From: Octopus vulgaris
Lineage: Eukaryota
NCBI GenBank assembly: GCA_951406725.2
Contig: OX597825.1
Coordinates: 23,064,001-23,128,000 of the forward strand
DNA length: 64,000 bases
Reading direction: 5' to 3'
Of this stretch, positions 27,540-41,965 are shown piece after piece. Below the pieces are notes generated by a model, which saw nothing but the letters and a program-made list of their open reading frames with translations, did not search any database and was not told where the DNA came from. Within the stretch, counting starts at the first letter, position 1, and the number at the start of each line of letters is the position of its first letter. A program made the position numbers and the translations under genes.

Positions 27540-27917
27540 CGTACATACATATTCATATATAGATAGATTTATATTTTAACATACATATTTGATTTGTAAG
27601 CTGCCAAGATGGCAATGACTTCAGCAAGCCGGACAAAAGACGTAGCGGCATTTCGTCCGTCTTTACGTTCTGAGTTCAAACGTCTCCGGTGTTCACTTTT
27701 CTTTTCATCGGCACAATATGTACCTGTTGAGCACTAATGGGTTCGATGTAATTGCTCCATTCTTCCAAACCGCTGGCCTAGTGCCAAAATTTGAAAACAA
27801 GATATATTTCATCTGTGTATGTAGATGTACGTTTATAAAGGCAATATCATATAATTATATAGATATATATGTGCCAACATATGCATTTTCGCAAATAGAT
27901 AGACAGACAGACAGACT

Positions 27918-27998
<81 letters not shown>

Positions 27999-27999
27999 G

Positions 28000-28079
<80 letters not shown>

Positions 28080-28180
28080 AAGATAGGTAGGTAGATACAT
28101 AGATACATAGATAGATAGATACATAGATAGACAGCAACGCGTGCGTGCAAACAGACACATATATGTATTATATATTTTTC

Positions 28181-28770
28181 TAATGGAATATTGAAGTGGC
28201 TTTAGAACCATTTGGCGACTATTTCTAGCGTGTTGGTGTGGTCAATCCACACCCTTTAATATAATTATTCATATAATTATAAATTAGTATAAAATATTAC
28301 CTATTTCAGCCTGGCCATTTCATAAAGTCATTAAGTGATTTCATACTTAATTCTACATGAAGAAAATATATATTTTTGCTCATGATCAAATTGCATTCGC
28401 TGCAAGATTACTTTGGTAAAAAAAATGCACGCGGTTGAGATAAGAAGAAAGATTTGATTTATTACTAGTATATACGTATAAATGTATATATGTATGATCG
28501 TGCGAATACGGTGTTCTTATGGATATGTGCAGATATTTGTACGTATATACTTTGACGTATTGTACTGAAGATAGCAAGGTGTTTATAACTCTAAATTTGA
28601 AATAGATTTATCGTTGATCAATAATCTAATGTATGTTTTCACCTGCCCGCCTAAAACACGTGATAATGGAGTATTGAAGTAGTTTTAGAGCCATTTGGCA
28701 TGTATTTCTACCGTGTTGGTGTGGTCAATCCACACCCTTTAATATGATTATTTATATAATTATAAATTAG
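28181..28770 (+). mobile_element. Non-coding 483-bp monomer with ~107-bp terminal direct repeat (pLTR/retrozyme-like), decayed
   Basis: 28181-28287 is repeated at 28664-28770 with mismatches. Internal CTGAAGA (28565)...GAAA (28599). Flanks are TA-rich microsatellite. Confidence 0.6.
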
Positions 28771-28856
28771 CGTTATATATAAATATGTATGTATGTATAT
28801 GAATATACATATATATATATGTGTGTGTGTGTCATATATATACACACACACACCTG

Positions 28857-28926
<70 letters not shown>

Positions 28927-31081
28927 TATATGTATGTATATAAGTATGTATGTATGTATGTATGTATATTCACAGACACATACGGGTATCTCAAAAATAC
29001 CCTCCATTTCATATTCATATATATATATATGAATCATTTGGGGTATAGACATGCTTGCTTTCCAACCAGGTGGTTCCGGGTTCAGTCTCACTGCGTGATA
29101 CCTTGGGCAAGTGTCTTCTACTATAGCCTCGGCCGACCAAGGGCTTGTAAGTGGACTTAGTAGACGGAAATTGAAAGAAGCCCATTGTATATGTGTGTGT
29201 GTATGTGTATATGCGTGTGTGTGCGTGTGTGTGTGTGTTTGTGTGTGTTTGTGTCTGTGTTTGTGTCCCTCCCTCATCATCGCTTGACCACCGACGTTTG
29301 TGTGTTTACATACATGTAACCTAGCGGTTCGGCCAAACAAGCCGATAAAATAAGTGCCAGGCTTACAAAGAATAAGTCCTGGGTTCGATTCGTTCCACTA
29401 TAGGCGGTGCTCCAGCAGGATCGCAATCTAATGACTGAAACAAGTAAGCGAAACGCAGTCCGTATTCATTATAATCATATTTACGTGTATCGTCTTTTGT
29501 CTTAAAAGTAGTCATGTCATGATCGCAATGGGAAATTTTCTTTAATAGCTTCTCTAAATTCTTACTAATATCATACAGATTTGAAGTTATTAGTGTGCAT
29601 CAAATGATACTGGTCTCATCATTACTTGTTATATATATATAAAAGATATATGAAAGATAGCCCCAGGCCACCGCTGTAATGAAATCACTAAACGGTTTTG
29701 TTGAAAACAGTAATACAAATTGGAAGCGATGTCTTGATTTAATACACATACACGAATGTGTACGTTTATCTCTATTTGTTTATGATTATATATATATATA
29801 TATATATATGCTTACGTAAAATAAGCAATAAGCTTTGTTTGTTAGGTTTAAATCTGATGTAGATATTAGAAAGTGAAATGATAAAGGATGGAACATAAAC
29901 GTCACTTTTATATTCGATTGTTGTTGTTTTTATTTTTTATTTTGTTACAATGGCTATTAGCTCACGTATGCTGAGAGCAATAACATTCCTAGGAAAGTGG
30001 TTAAACCGAAATTAACTATTAACACTTGTGTATCTTTCGGCGGCAACAGCGGTGGCGAGTCTGTATACCTTGATATTCTTCAACACAAAATTAATATAGG
30101 AATATTGGATTTGTTTAGAAGATAAGTAAAATTGAATTAAAAAGTAATTTTCAGGATATATCTTTTGTTTGTTGCTTACAATTAAATCGGGTTTTCTTCT
30201 GCAAAATTTATTTTTACATATACTCTTTACTCTTTTACTTGTTTCAGTCGTTTGACTGCAGCCATGCTGGAGCACCGCCTTCTAGTCGAGCAAATCGACC
30301 CCGGGACTTATTCTTTGTAAGCCCAGTACTTATTCTATCAGTCTCTTTTGCCGAACCGCTAAGTGACGGGGGCGTAAACACACCAGCATCGGTTGTCAAG
30401 CAATGCTAGGGGGACAAACACAGACACACAAACACACACACATACGTATATACGACAGGCTTCTTTCAGTTTCCGTCTACCAAATCCACTCACAAGGCAT
30501 TGGTCGGCCGGGGGCTATAGCAGAAGACACTTGCCCAAGATGCCACGCAGTGGGACTGAACCCGGAACCATGTGGTTGTTTAGCAAGCTACTTACCACAC
30601 AGCCACTCCTGCGCCTATGTGGAATAAAATATTTGTTAAATATATACAAAGCTAAATTTGGTCCAGGGTATTCTCGTGGATGTGTTTCGTAAACTTGAAG
30701 GAAAAGTTCCCAAATGAGATGCATTTTTCGCAAATAATTTGAGGAATATGTCCTTTGAAGAAAAATAAATTGATTCGGAGCCATTTCGTGGATGTTTATT
30801 CGGAACACTTTTTGAAATGGATTGTTGTTAAGGAGTTTTGCGCAGGTATGGCTGAAGGATTCAGGAGTTCAGTTCGCAACCATGTGGTTTTGAGTTCAAT
30901 CCCACTGTACAGTACTATAAGGACGTGTCATCTATAAATCTCTATACGGACTAATACCTTCCGAATGAGTTTAGGAACTATGCGGAAGCCCGTTGTGTGT
31001 GTATGTCTTATGACCTTTATTTATGCATCCTAAACACTGGTAGTAAATGATTTAAATTTATTATCCTCATATTTACGCTAG

Positions 31082-31143
<62 letters not shown>

Positions 31144-31216
31144 GTACAAAAATTCAGGATGAATACTTGATAACTGTCAGCACCTGTATATGCCAGCAAG
31201 TCGTGTAGGTGATAGG

Positions 31217-31356
31217 ATATATTTATCAAAAGAAAAACAGGATGCAAAGGATTTTGCGGTACATATGTTTCTGCATTGATATAAATTGTTCAATGAAGCC
31301 AGAAACATATGTACCGCAAAATCCTTTGCATCCTGTTTTTCTTTTGATAAATATAT
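31217..31356. repeat. 57-bp perfect inverted repeat with 26-bp spacer, in TA context
   Basis: atatatttatcaaaagaaaaacaggatgcaaaggattttgcggtacatatgtttctg and its exact reverse complement at 31300-31356. Confidence 0.9.
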
Positions 31357-31472
31357 ATATAAGAGAAGAAAATAGATATAGTAACAATGGGAGAGTCGTG
31401 GATTACGCTGGCATATCTTTAATCAAATAGGCAACATAAAAGTAAGAAGCAGAGATGAGAATGGCATATATG

Positions 31473-31556
<84 letters not shown>

Positions 31557-33014
31557 CCACTCTCATCTCTGCTTCTATGTATATCTATATATATATATAT
31601 ATATATATACAGAGCGAGACAGAAATACATACATCCATATGTCTTTGTGTTTTTAGCTTGTTCTCTACCACCACTTCAAAACCGCTGATGGTTTATTTAC
31701 GTCCACATCTGATAAATAAACAGATACTATAAGTTAGAAATTTAGAAAAATATATGCACTGGGTTCGATGCCTGCGACTAAACCGTTTTTATGGCTGTGC
31801 TCCAGAATGACCGCCGTCTAGTCGCTAAAACAAGTAAAAAGCAAATGATAAATTATAATATATACGCATCTTCCTCCCGTAATTGAATCGGTTTTGCGTG
31901 TAGTAAAATAAATTGATTTTAATATCGTAAAGAAATAAAACTTAATTTAAATGGATGAATTTATTTAAAAAGAAAACAATTATGAGTTTATTGCAGTAAA
32001 TCTATCATAAATTGTTTATTACAACTGTTTCGGATACAGCAAGATCGAAAATATAGTACCGTAAGATTTATTGAAGTTTGAATATTTTTGTTCTTTTGTT
32101 TTATATTTTTGCATCTACAATATTATTTTCTCTAGTTTGAGAAAATAAATATTTTCATAAATTCGATTTCCTTGTAAGGCAATATTAAAATGAAAGGAAC
32201 TCTTTTTTTAATATTTCTTACAAATGGCGCCAGTTATCCAAAGCACTATGATTAACCTCAATACAACAAGCCACCGTTACGCAATATTCTATAATGCGGC
32301 GAATAAATTTCATTTATGAAATATATTTAATATTCAGAATATCCTAAGCTATTATAAAAAAACCAAAATTCTTTTAAAAATAATAACTCCAAAGAAGAAG
32401 AAATGGTAATTCTAGTAACCATATCAACTGTTAATGTCCTTCTATAATGAATAACTTATGGTAATATCTTGAGATGCATGATTAAAGCAGTAATAAGAAA
32501 CGAGTTACTGTAACTTGTTATTTCGAAGCTTGCATTACGTGAATTATGACGCCATCTTTTTCAGATAATTTATTATCCGTCCTTGGAATAGAGCAGCAGC
32601 AGCAGATATTTATGTTAATATTGCACATATAGGCGCAGGAGTGGCAGTGTGGTAAGTAGTTTGTTTACCAACCACATGGTTCCGGGTTCAGTCCCACTGC
32701 GTGGCACCTTGGACGAGTGTCTTCTACTATAGCCTCGGGCCGACCAAAGCCTTGTGAGTGGATTTGGTAGACGGAAACTGAAAGAAGCCCGTCGTATATA
32801 TGTATACGCAGGTGCAGGAGTGGCTGTGTTGTAAGTAGCTTGCTTACCAACCACATTCATACATACATACATACACTCATACGTACATACATACATACAT
32901 ACATTCATACATACATGCAGACATGCATACATACATACATACATATATACATACATTCATACATATATGCACACACACACACACATATACATACATTCAT
33001 ACATACACACACAA

Positions 33015-33051
<37 letters not shown>

Positions 33052-33064
33052 AATGATATATATA

Positions 33065-33283
33065 AAGGCAGCGAGCTGGTAGAAACGTTAACACGCCGGG
33101 CGAAATTCGTCTGTCGTTACGTTCCGAGTTCAAATTCCGCCGAGGTCGACTTTGCCTTTCATCCTTTCGGGGTCGATAAATTAAGTACCAGTTACGCACT
33201 GGGGTCGATGTAGTCGACTTAATCCCTTTGTCTGTCCTTGTTTGTCCCCTCTGTGTTTAGCCTCTTGTGGGTAGTAAAGAAAT
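33065..33283 (+). mobile_element. SINE family C. Further copies at 37713-37942(+), 51449-51681(+), 52735-52967(-), 53020-53252(-); degenerate at ~22680, ~27605, ~55820
   Basis: Same body as 8228. The 51449 copy has atatatttgatccgcgt duplicated on both sides. Confidence 0.88.
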
Positions 33284-33650
33284 ATATATATATAAATGAT
33301 TCAATTTACAGAAGGAAAAAATAATCTATATGAAAATAAATAAATAAATGAATGAAGATACATTAAAATGATTGTATGGAGAGAAAAGCACTCATCGAAA
33401 TCACATGACTCTGATGATGTGGTCATGTGACTGCAAAAGTCTATCTTACCTTTGTATTTGGTCGTTTGATCTTAAAATTCATGTGTTTAGTGCGATTAGT
33501 TTAGTGTGAAGGTGGATTATACGCAAATCTCAGTTTTCAAGATTTCTCTTCTGGTCAAAAATGTATGTATGTATGTATGTATGTATGTATGTATGTATGT
33601 ATGTACGTATGTATGTATGTATGTATGTATGTATGTATGTATGAACGCAC

Positions 33651-33681
<31 letters not shown>

Positions 33682-34633
33682 TGTATGTATGTATGTATAT
33701 ATGTATGTATGTATGTATGTATGTGTGTGTATGTGAGTGTGTATGGTAAATAAAAGACAGAAGATGGAATATTCGAGAATTTTACTTAATCACGACAATT
33801 CTTTCGACGTAAATTTGTTTTTTATTATTTTTTATTACCGAGCAAATTTCAGAATATTTCCTATTTCTTGTTACAAAAAGTTGTTTTGAATTCTTGAATC
33901 ATTCTACTTCTCAAAGTTTTGCTCCAGTTATATCAAAGAACGTTGATTTCTTAAAAAGATAATGTTCTTTTACCCATTTACTTTTCAATTTTCTGTTGTA
34001 TTTCATAAGGTGAAAATTTTCTAATTATTTACATTGAAAGAAGTAGAGTTTTACTTCGATATAGTGCAACATAACTCTATTGAGAGTAATTATCAAGTCA
34101 AAATTAATAAGTAGGTTCTCTTGGAAGGAGATAACTGCTGCCAACATCTATTAAATGTAAGCCAACTACATTCGGTTTCCTTTTGAATATTAAATAAACG
34201 CATTTAAAGAAGTCCCCGTTTTACATTACCAGAATAATTGAGGAAAGAAAACACGATTGAATTTGCTCAAAAATTGAAACGCCAAATCAAATGAACACAA
34301 ACAGATTTCAACAGAATTCGCTTGTATACATATATACATTATAGATGTATGAGATTATTAGATGTATTTCTGAAAACATCTGTCTTGTATGACAGTAATT
34401 AGATGAAGTGTCAAGAAAGAAAACGCAGACGTCTTAGGGGCATACATTTTTATTTATTTATTTATTTATTTATTTAAGTTGATAATTGTCTCTTCATATC
34501 TACGCAAGAAAATTGTTGAAAAATATGCAGCCAGAGACATACACACGAGTGTGTGTATGAGTCAGGTAATGGGGTGAAAAGTATTTTGTCTCACTGATCA
34601 TTATGTTGATGTGTACAGGAAAATAGAACAGGT

Positions 34634-34702
<69 letters not shown>

Positions 34703-34706
34703 TATA

Positions 34707-35012
<306 letters not shown>

Positions 35013-36398
35013 GTATGTATATATATATATATATATATATATCTATAATTATAAACATAATTATAATTAGGGGTCAGCTAATCGTTTCACCAGATTCCGA
35101 ATTTAGAAATAGGAGTTAAAAATTCCTTTTCTACTTCCATAAGAATCTTCACACAGTGGCACACTTTTTTACGTAGGCAAAAAAAAAAGAAATATATAAT
35201 ATATATATACGTGCATGTATGTATAATATACATATATATGTACATATACATATACTTATATATATATATATATATATATTCATTTATATGTGTGTGTGTG
35301 AGTGTATATATATATATATATATATATACATATATAGAGATAGATAGATAGATACATACATACATACATACTTATATATATGTATATACGTATATATTAT
35401 ATGTTTATATGATATATTATATAGCTAAGTACATATATATGTCCACATTTACATAGATAAACACACACATACACACAATCAGCTGCTAATGACAGATATT
35501 AATTAGAGCAATGTTATATATTTCTGATATTGGATTTGGACATTTTCAATTTTTGTAAATGACAGATATATTAAATTCAGAGTGAATAGACCTCTACAGA
35601 TTTGTGTCGCCCAATAAACGTAGTCACCGATTTTAGTTGAAAGTACACATTAGTTAAACAGACGAAATTTTTTTTTTCGTTTTATAAACTATTTTATGTT
35701 ATTCCTGTAGCTATTGTTTATTTTTCATCATAAAATTGAGTTTTTGCGGGGCGGCGTTTCTTTTTTTGAGGGGGTGAGGCGGATGAGTTTTGCAATTTTA
35801 TAAATCTGTCACACTTGAAATTGAAAAAAATATACGCGAAATTAAAAAAAAGAAACCAGTGTTGTGCAATACTGCTCGTAAATTAACGTAGGATAGTAGG
35901 ACGTGAAGGAGACAAGTAAACATTCATTTTGACTAAAAACTGATAAAGAGTTTTCAATGAAATGTTAATATTTACATATTACCACAGTATAGAAAGTAAA
36001 GCAAATTTATGAAAAGTTTTAAACGAAATGTTCTGTCGAAGAACATAAATAATTTTCTGGGGCTTTTACATCTGTTTACTATTATAAGGCATTTTACTGG
36101 AAATAATATGAAATTATTCTTAGCCTTCGTTTAGTTGTGTTGAGTTTTTTTATGGATATTGAATTTTTTATACTATTAATATTTATAACTCTTATTTTAT
36201 TACAATTAATCTGTACTTCCAACGTAAAAACATTGTACTTCAGTGAAAATTGGAAGAAAATTTACCGTCAAATAAACCTGCATTTTATTGTTAAGACCAA
36301 CGTTTTATAGCCGGATATAACAAAGAAATCAGACCCTGTATTTGAAACGATTTTTAGGATATTAAAAAGCTGGTTGGTACATAAGGCACACACACACA

Positions 36399-36497
<99 letters not shown>

Positions 36498-37219
36498 TTC
36501 TTGAATGAAAGATCAGTGTGATCAGAACTCCAAACAGATAAAATGAGTGCCATTACTTGTAATTTGCAGATATAACATTTTAGTTAAGAAACTCCACTTT
36601 CCCTAATTCAGAGGCTCATCAGAAACATGGATGCAGTATCGAATTAAATAATAATTTTTCCTCAAATTGTGAGGTTGCAGCATATATTAAATTTACGTAA
36701 AAGTAGTAGAGCTTACGGATAAACGGGAGGACTAAGAGAAAGAATGAAATATCCACTGGACACAAAGGAATTGCAACAGCCCTGATGACATGAACGGAAA
36801 CAAATTTCGTCAATGACTTAAGGGGCAACTTTTTTCTAATATAAATAGCAGGAAAAGAATAATGTTTTATTAATTATACTCCAGGGTTCTGGATTTGCAA
36901 GATCGTTTGAACGTGTTTCTTCCTATTCTTTACATTCTGAGATGAAATACCTGTGGTGTTCAACTTTACCTCTCATCCGAAGCAGTGCTTGACAAAATAA
37001 ATAAACCTCAAGTGTTATGGCCGATATAATCGATTTATCCGTCTTACCAAATGCGTTGTCTTGTGTTTATATTAGAAGCAAATTTTTAGTGAAGAACTAG
37101 ACGGTACTCTGTGTAAGTTTGATCTGTCTACATAAATATCTATATATTTATACTTAAATATTCATCATATGAAAGTCTTCAGTCTTTGCTCCCTCTTTAT
37201 TTATTTCTTTTTGTTCATT

Positions 37220-37466
37220 CTCGAGCCACGCCTGGCTCATAGGGACGGTTTCCCGGTTTCTTTGGCGTATAGCTTCGCTACTAAAACGGGACGCTGGTCC
37301 GTCGCAGGTGAGCTGCAAGATGCAGGAGGAAAGAGTGAGAGAAAGTTGTGGCGAAAGAATCAGCAGAAGTTCGCCGTAAACACACACATCGCCCGGTCTG
37401 AGATTCGAACCTGCAATCCTCCGACCGCGAGTCCGCTGCTCTAACCACTAGACCATGGGCCTCCAC
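37220..37466 (-). mobile_element. SINE family B, tail type 3
   Basis: Family B head and cgccacaactttctctcactctt core, then a different tail (tcttgcagctcacctgcgacggacc...ccctatgagccagg). Confidence 0.75.
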
Positions 37467-38431
37467 TTTTGTTTGCTCCCTCTTTGTTTGCATCTATACA
37501 TATATACATAGTTTGTATATCAACCCCATGCTGTTTATACGCATAATTGCTTCCATATCTGTTTGCTTTGATTCCTCTTATAGTTATTCTTTACCCCGGG
37601 GAATTGGTTCCTCGTAAAGACATCGGTGTCTAAGTTCGTGTCATCTGAGCGCTATTAAGTGTTTTTCCATAGTGAGAATCTCTAGACTTCATCTTTGACT
37701 ATATATTCTTTTAGGCGGCGAGCTGGCAGAAACGTTAGCACGTGGGCGAAATGCGTAGCCGTATTTCGTCTGCCGCTACGTTCTGAGTTCAAATGCCACC
37801 GAGGTCGACTTTGCCTTTCATCCTTTCGGGGTCGATTAAATCAGTACCAGTTACGCACTGGGGTCGATATAATCGACTTAATCCGTTTGTCTGTCCTTGT
37901 TTGCCCTCTCTGTGTTTAGCCCCTTGTGGGTAGTAAAGAAATATATATATATTCTTTTATACAACTACATAGGGAATTATTACTAATACGCGACACAGTG
38001 CCTAATAAGAATTAATGAATAAATGAATAAACGAATTTCCATCCTCATGGCTTGCGATTAGGGATTCGAGACACAAGCATCACTCCTCATCAAACACAGC
38101 TGTTAGGTTCCCTATCTTTAAAATCCACCCACATTTCTCTATGAAAATCATTGATGTTACCAGTTTATCATTTCTGTTGATGTATATGAGCTCTTTCCTT
38201 TCACCCAACACTTGGAAATTGTGGGTACATAACTTTTGGACACAGATTACGTGATTAAAGTATAGCAGTTTTCGCAGACATAACATCTTCGCCAACTTTT
38301 GTTTCACTACCTACTCCCACCATCTCCAAGCCTGAATCATTCGTCCTACGAGCGAACCAGCCGCTCTGCATCACTCGCTTGCAACACGACATCTAGAATA
38401 ACCTAGGTTATTTGGTGTCATCCCTTAGATT

Positions 38432-39036
38432 CCTATTTGTTTACTGCCCACAAGGGGTTACACACAGAGGGGACAAACAAGGACAGACAAACGGATTAAG
38501 TCGATTACATCGACCCAGTGCGTAACTGGTACTTATTTAATCGACCCCGAAAGGATGAAAGTCAAAGTCGACCTCGGCAGAATTTGAACTCAGAACGTAA
38601 AGGCAGACGAAATACCTATTTCTTTACTACCCACAAGGGGCTAAACACAGAGAGGAAACAAACAAGGACAGACAAACGGATTAAGTCAATTATATCGACC
38701 CCAGTCCGTAATTGGTACTTATTTAATCGACCCCGAAAGGATGAAAGTCAAACTCGACCTCGGCAGAATTTGAACTCAGAACGTAAAGACAGACGAAATA
38801 CCTATTTCTTTACTACCCACAAGGGGCTAAACACAGAGAGGACAAACAAGGACAGACAAACGGATTAAGTCAATTATATCGACCCCAATGCGTAATTGGT
38901 ACTTATTTAATCGACCCTGAAAGGATGAAAGGCCAAGTCGACCTCGGCGGAAATTGAACTCAGAACGTAGCGGCAGACGAAATACCGCTAAGATATTTCG
39001 CCCGGCGTGCTAACGTGTCTGCCAGTGTGCCGCCTT
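38432..39036 (-). mobile_element. SINE family C with three tandem copies of its ~180-bp body
   Basis: ttactacccacaaggggctaaacacagag...gcagacgaaatacc occurs three times, with a single head at ~39000-39036. Confidence 0.88.
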
Positions 39037-39619
39037 ATCCCTTGGCCTCTATCATACACACTCATAGTATACAGACAGTAAAAATATTTTGTCATTCAAA
39101 GAAACAACAGAGTTAAAACTAAAGACGAATTACAAGAGAAGCGGGTAATTAAAATAAAATAATGAGACTGATTCATGGTTATCCAGTTATTCCAAATATT
39201 ACATGAATAAAAAGGACATGAGAAATATAGGAGTGATAAGTGATGACAGGTGCATAGCAGTATGCACAGACTAAAGCGAATGGCAATGCTAGGAGTGTTG
39301 GAAATAAAACTGAGGAGTAGATACCATTTTCAACACATATTCAACACATTTTTAATAAAAGGTTATATCAGAATGCAGACATACACACTGGCACACACAT
39401 ACACAAACACATGACACAAACACGCACATACAGGCAGGCAGGCACGCAAGTACACACACACGCATATATATATATATATATATATATACGTAGAAAACAA
39501 AATAATGAACATTCAGACACAAGCACGCATACTCACTTCTATGCATCGTACATTTATAGCCATAAGTGTGTGTATGCGTGTGTGAGAGTTTGTGTGTGTC
39601 TATGTATGTATTTGTGCGA

Positions 39620-39650
<31 letters not shown>

Positions 39651-39663
39651 TATACAGACAGGC

Positions 39664-39697
<34 letters not shown>

Positions 39698-39815
39698 ATC
39701 GTTGGTGACTTTTTCCTCTGTCTTCCCTTCCTTGGATCTTTTTCTATGTTTCTGACGAAGAGTTCCGCTCGACATCCTCGTGTTGTGTTTTCTCTTTGTG
39801 TTTTCATATTTGGAT

Positions 39816-39859
<44 letters not shown>

Positions 39860-39968
39860 ATTTACATTACTCGGTAGTCAAGATTGTTTCAGTTTTCTCT
39901 ATACAATATGTGTTTCGGTAGTCAAGATAAAACTCTGAGTTTCAGTTTGGATTAACTATATATATACC

Positions 39969-40017
<49 letters not shown>

Positions 40018-40039
40018 ACTTACACACACACACACTGGT

Positions 40040-40800
40040 ACAAAAGCACAATTAATTTTGGACTCTGGCATATGCTCAAACTTTTATGCTCAGTTCTACA
40101 AATAAAGTATCATTACATACCCACATACACATTGACGTGCGCACTTGCAAAATAGAGATAGAACCGAGCATATATGTAAGAATGAGATTAGATATTCCCT
40201 GTCACCAAATACACGATCCCAAACTTAGACAAATTCCACTTTGTGAACATCTGAACTATGCGCACAAACCAAATCTCCTAAATTTCTTGTCTTCCCACTC
40301 TATCATTGTGCAGACAATATTCAGACCAAACAAGAATTAATAAAGTCCATTTATAATATACTAGCAGTATCACCCGGCGTTGTTCGGGTTTGTTTCGGCC
40401 CTTTAGAATTGGAATATTTGAAAAGTTAAAATTTTCCATTATGTAGCTTGTTATTCCCTTTAAGTGAACATTTTTCTGGTTGAAATACACCGAAAAATGG
40501 CGACACAGCAGTCAAAAAATCGTAAAAAGTAAAGGTAGGGATTTCCATAGACAAAAAGCACCTTTTTTATGTAAATAATTTTTGGTGCTAACATGGTCCT
40601 ATTTAAATTTTTTTCTTCTACGGAAGGAAGAGCAAGCCTTCTTCTATCAAACTCTCAATTTTGGTCAACTTGCGCCGCAGAGTCTCGAAGGAGATAGTGT
40701 TAGTTGAAGGCTACCAAACCTGCCATACACAGACAATTTCAGCTTTATATAGAGAGATATTACAAGCCTCTGCTGAACAGAGCACCCTTAATTATAATTA
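40040..40800 (+). pseudogene. Older Penelope GIY-YIG 3' remnant interrupted by a Helitron
   Basis: HQIHDPKLRQIPLCEHL, then after a frameshift ELCAQTKSPKFLVFPLYHC before 40360, and YYKPLLNR immediately after the Helitron (40759-40782), followed by CCCTTAATTATAATTA. Confidence 0.65.
40361..40757 (-). mobile_element. Non-autonomous Helitron
   Basis: Minus strand reads A|TCtctctatataaagctg ... cccgaacaacgccgggtgatactgCTAG|T, with a cccg/cggg subterminal hairpin. Confidence 0.82.
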
Positions 40801-41965
40801 TATCACATAAGTGATCCACGCTTCGCATTTTCCTATGTTATCATCTATCTTATTTTTCCAAACCTCGTTTTGTTGCCTACTCCACACCTTATTATCAAAG
40901 AAGGGATATGTTTAGTACGTTCAATGGGTGTTAACTAGCACTAATTAATAATACTATTACTCGACAAAATAATAATCAACAATTATTTAGAGTACTTTTA
41001 TGTAAACAATTATTATACCGTAAAGTATAGAAGCCATCTTAATATGGCTAACCACATAGGGGAGGGGTGTTACTGTAGCTCTATAGCCCCAGGAGATCGT
41101 CGTCTCCAGCTGGCTTTAGACACCATTTCAGTGTCCTTGAAGTATTTGCAAAGGGAGGCCATCCCTTTCTCGCAAGCCTGAGTGATACGCCCGGACTAGT
41201 TTCGGGATTATTGTCCCTTATCAACGGGCGGTAACCACCAGGTCGCGATGAAAGACAAGGCTGCTTTGCAAATATACAAGAGTTTTTCTAGTGACGTCTG
41301 CCACTGATTTCGAAAAAAATCTTTCTTCTAACTGTGGTATGACATATTCAACGGAGGAATGCATTTTTGTGACGTTATCACGCGGCTGCCACATGAACTA
41401 GACATCAATATTAAACAATTTGTATACTTACGGATACCGCTCTGAAATACATTCCTACTTTAAATATAAATTATTTTAATAACAATGGCCAGAATAGACA
41501 TACTTCGCGACAGAGCGCCATATGCAATACACTTTTGAAAACTGATCAAGTGTATTCTATTGTAAAGAATGATTAAATTTTAATGAATTCAAATGTATTC
41601 TCGATGTTTGCAACTTCATTTCTTCTGTTCCTCCACTAGTTTGGATTAATAACTGTATGAGCGTGTGTGCACGCGTGTGTGTTTGTGTGTGTGTGTGTGT
41701 ACGTTTGTGTGTGTCTATAAAGTGAGGACATAATCTATTAAAATGATCATACCAACGGAAACCCACCATTTTCATGAAATTAATACTTAAGTATATAACT
41801 ATAAATATATAATTATAATTAAGGGCGCTGGAGGGACAAAACCAATACGGTAGAAGTAGATGACAGATGTCTACAAACCACTCTAATTTTGTTCTCCCTT
41901 TTTTTAACACGAGGCTGAATTGGAGAAAATGGAAAAGAAGACTTGTAAATTTTCGGACAATTTTA

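Noticed and set aside
33405-33445. CTGATGA-t-gtggtc-atgt-gactgc hammerhead-like 5' half
   Set aside because: GAAA and stem III are absent; too weak without a family consensus.
36585-36628. Minus-strand CTGATGA-gcct...agg-GAAA candidate
   Set aside because: It has only a 3-bp stem II and no stem I pairing, which cannot be distinguished from chance.
36782-36815. CTGATGA...GAAA...TC hammerhead candidate
   Set aside because: Stems I and II do not pair.
38432-39036. CRISPR-like regular repeats
   Set aside because: These are tandem SINE bodies without unique spacers, in a eukaryotic context with no cas genes.
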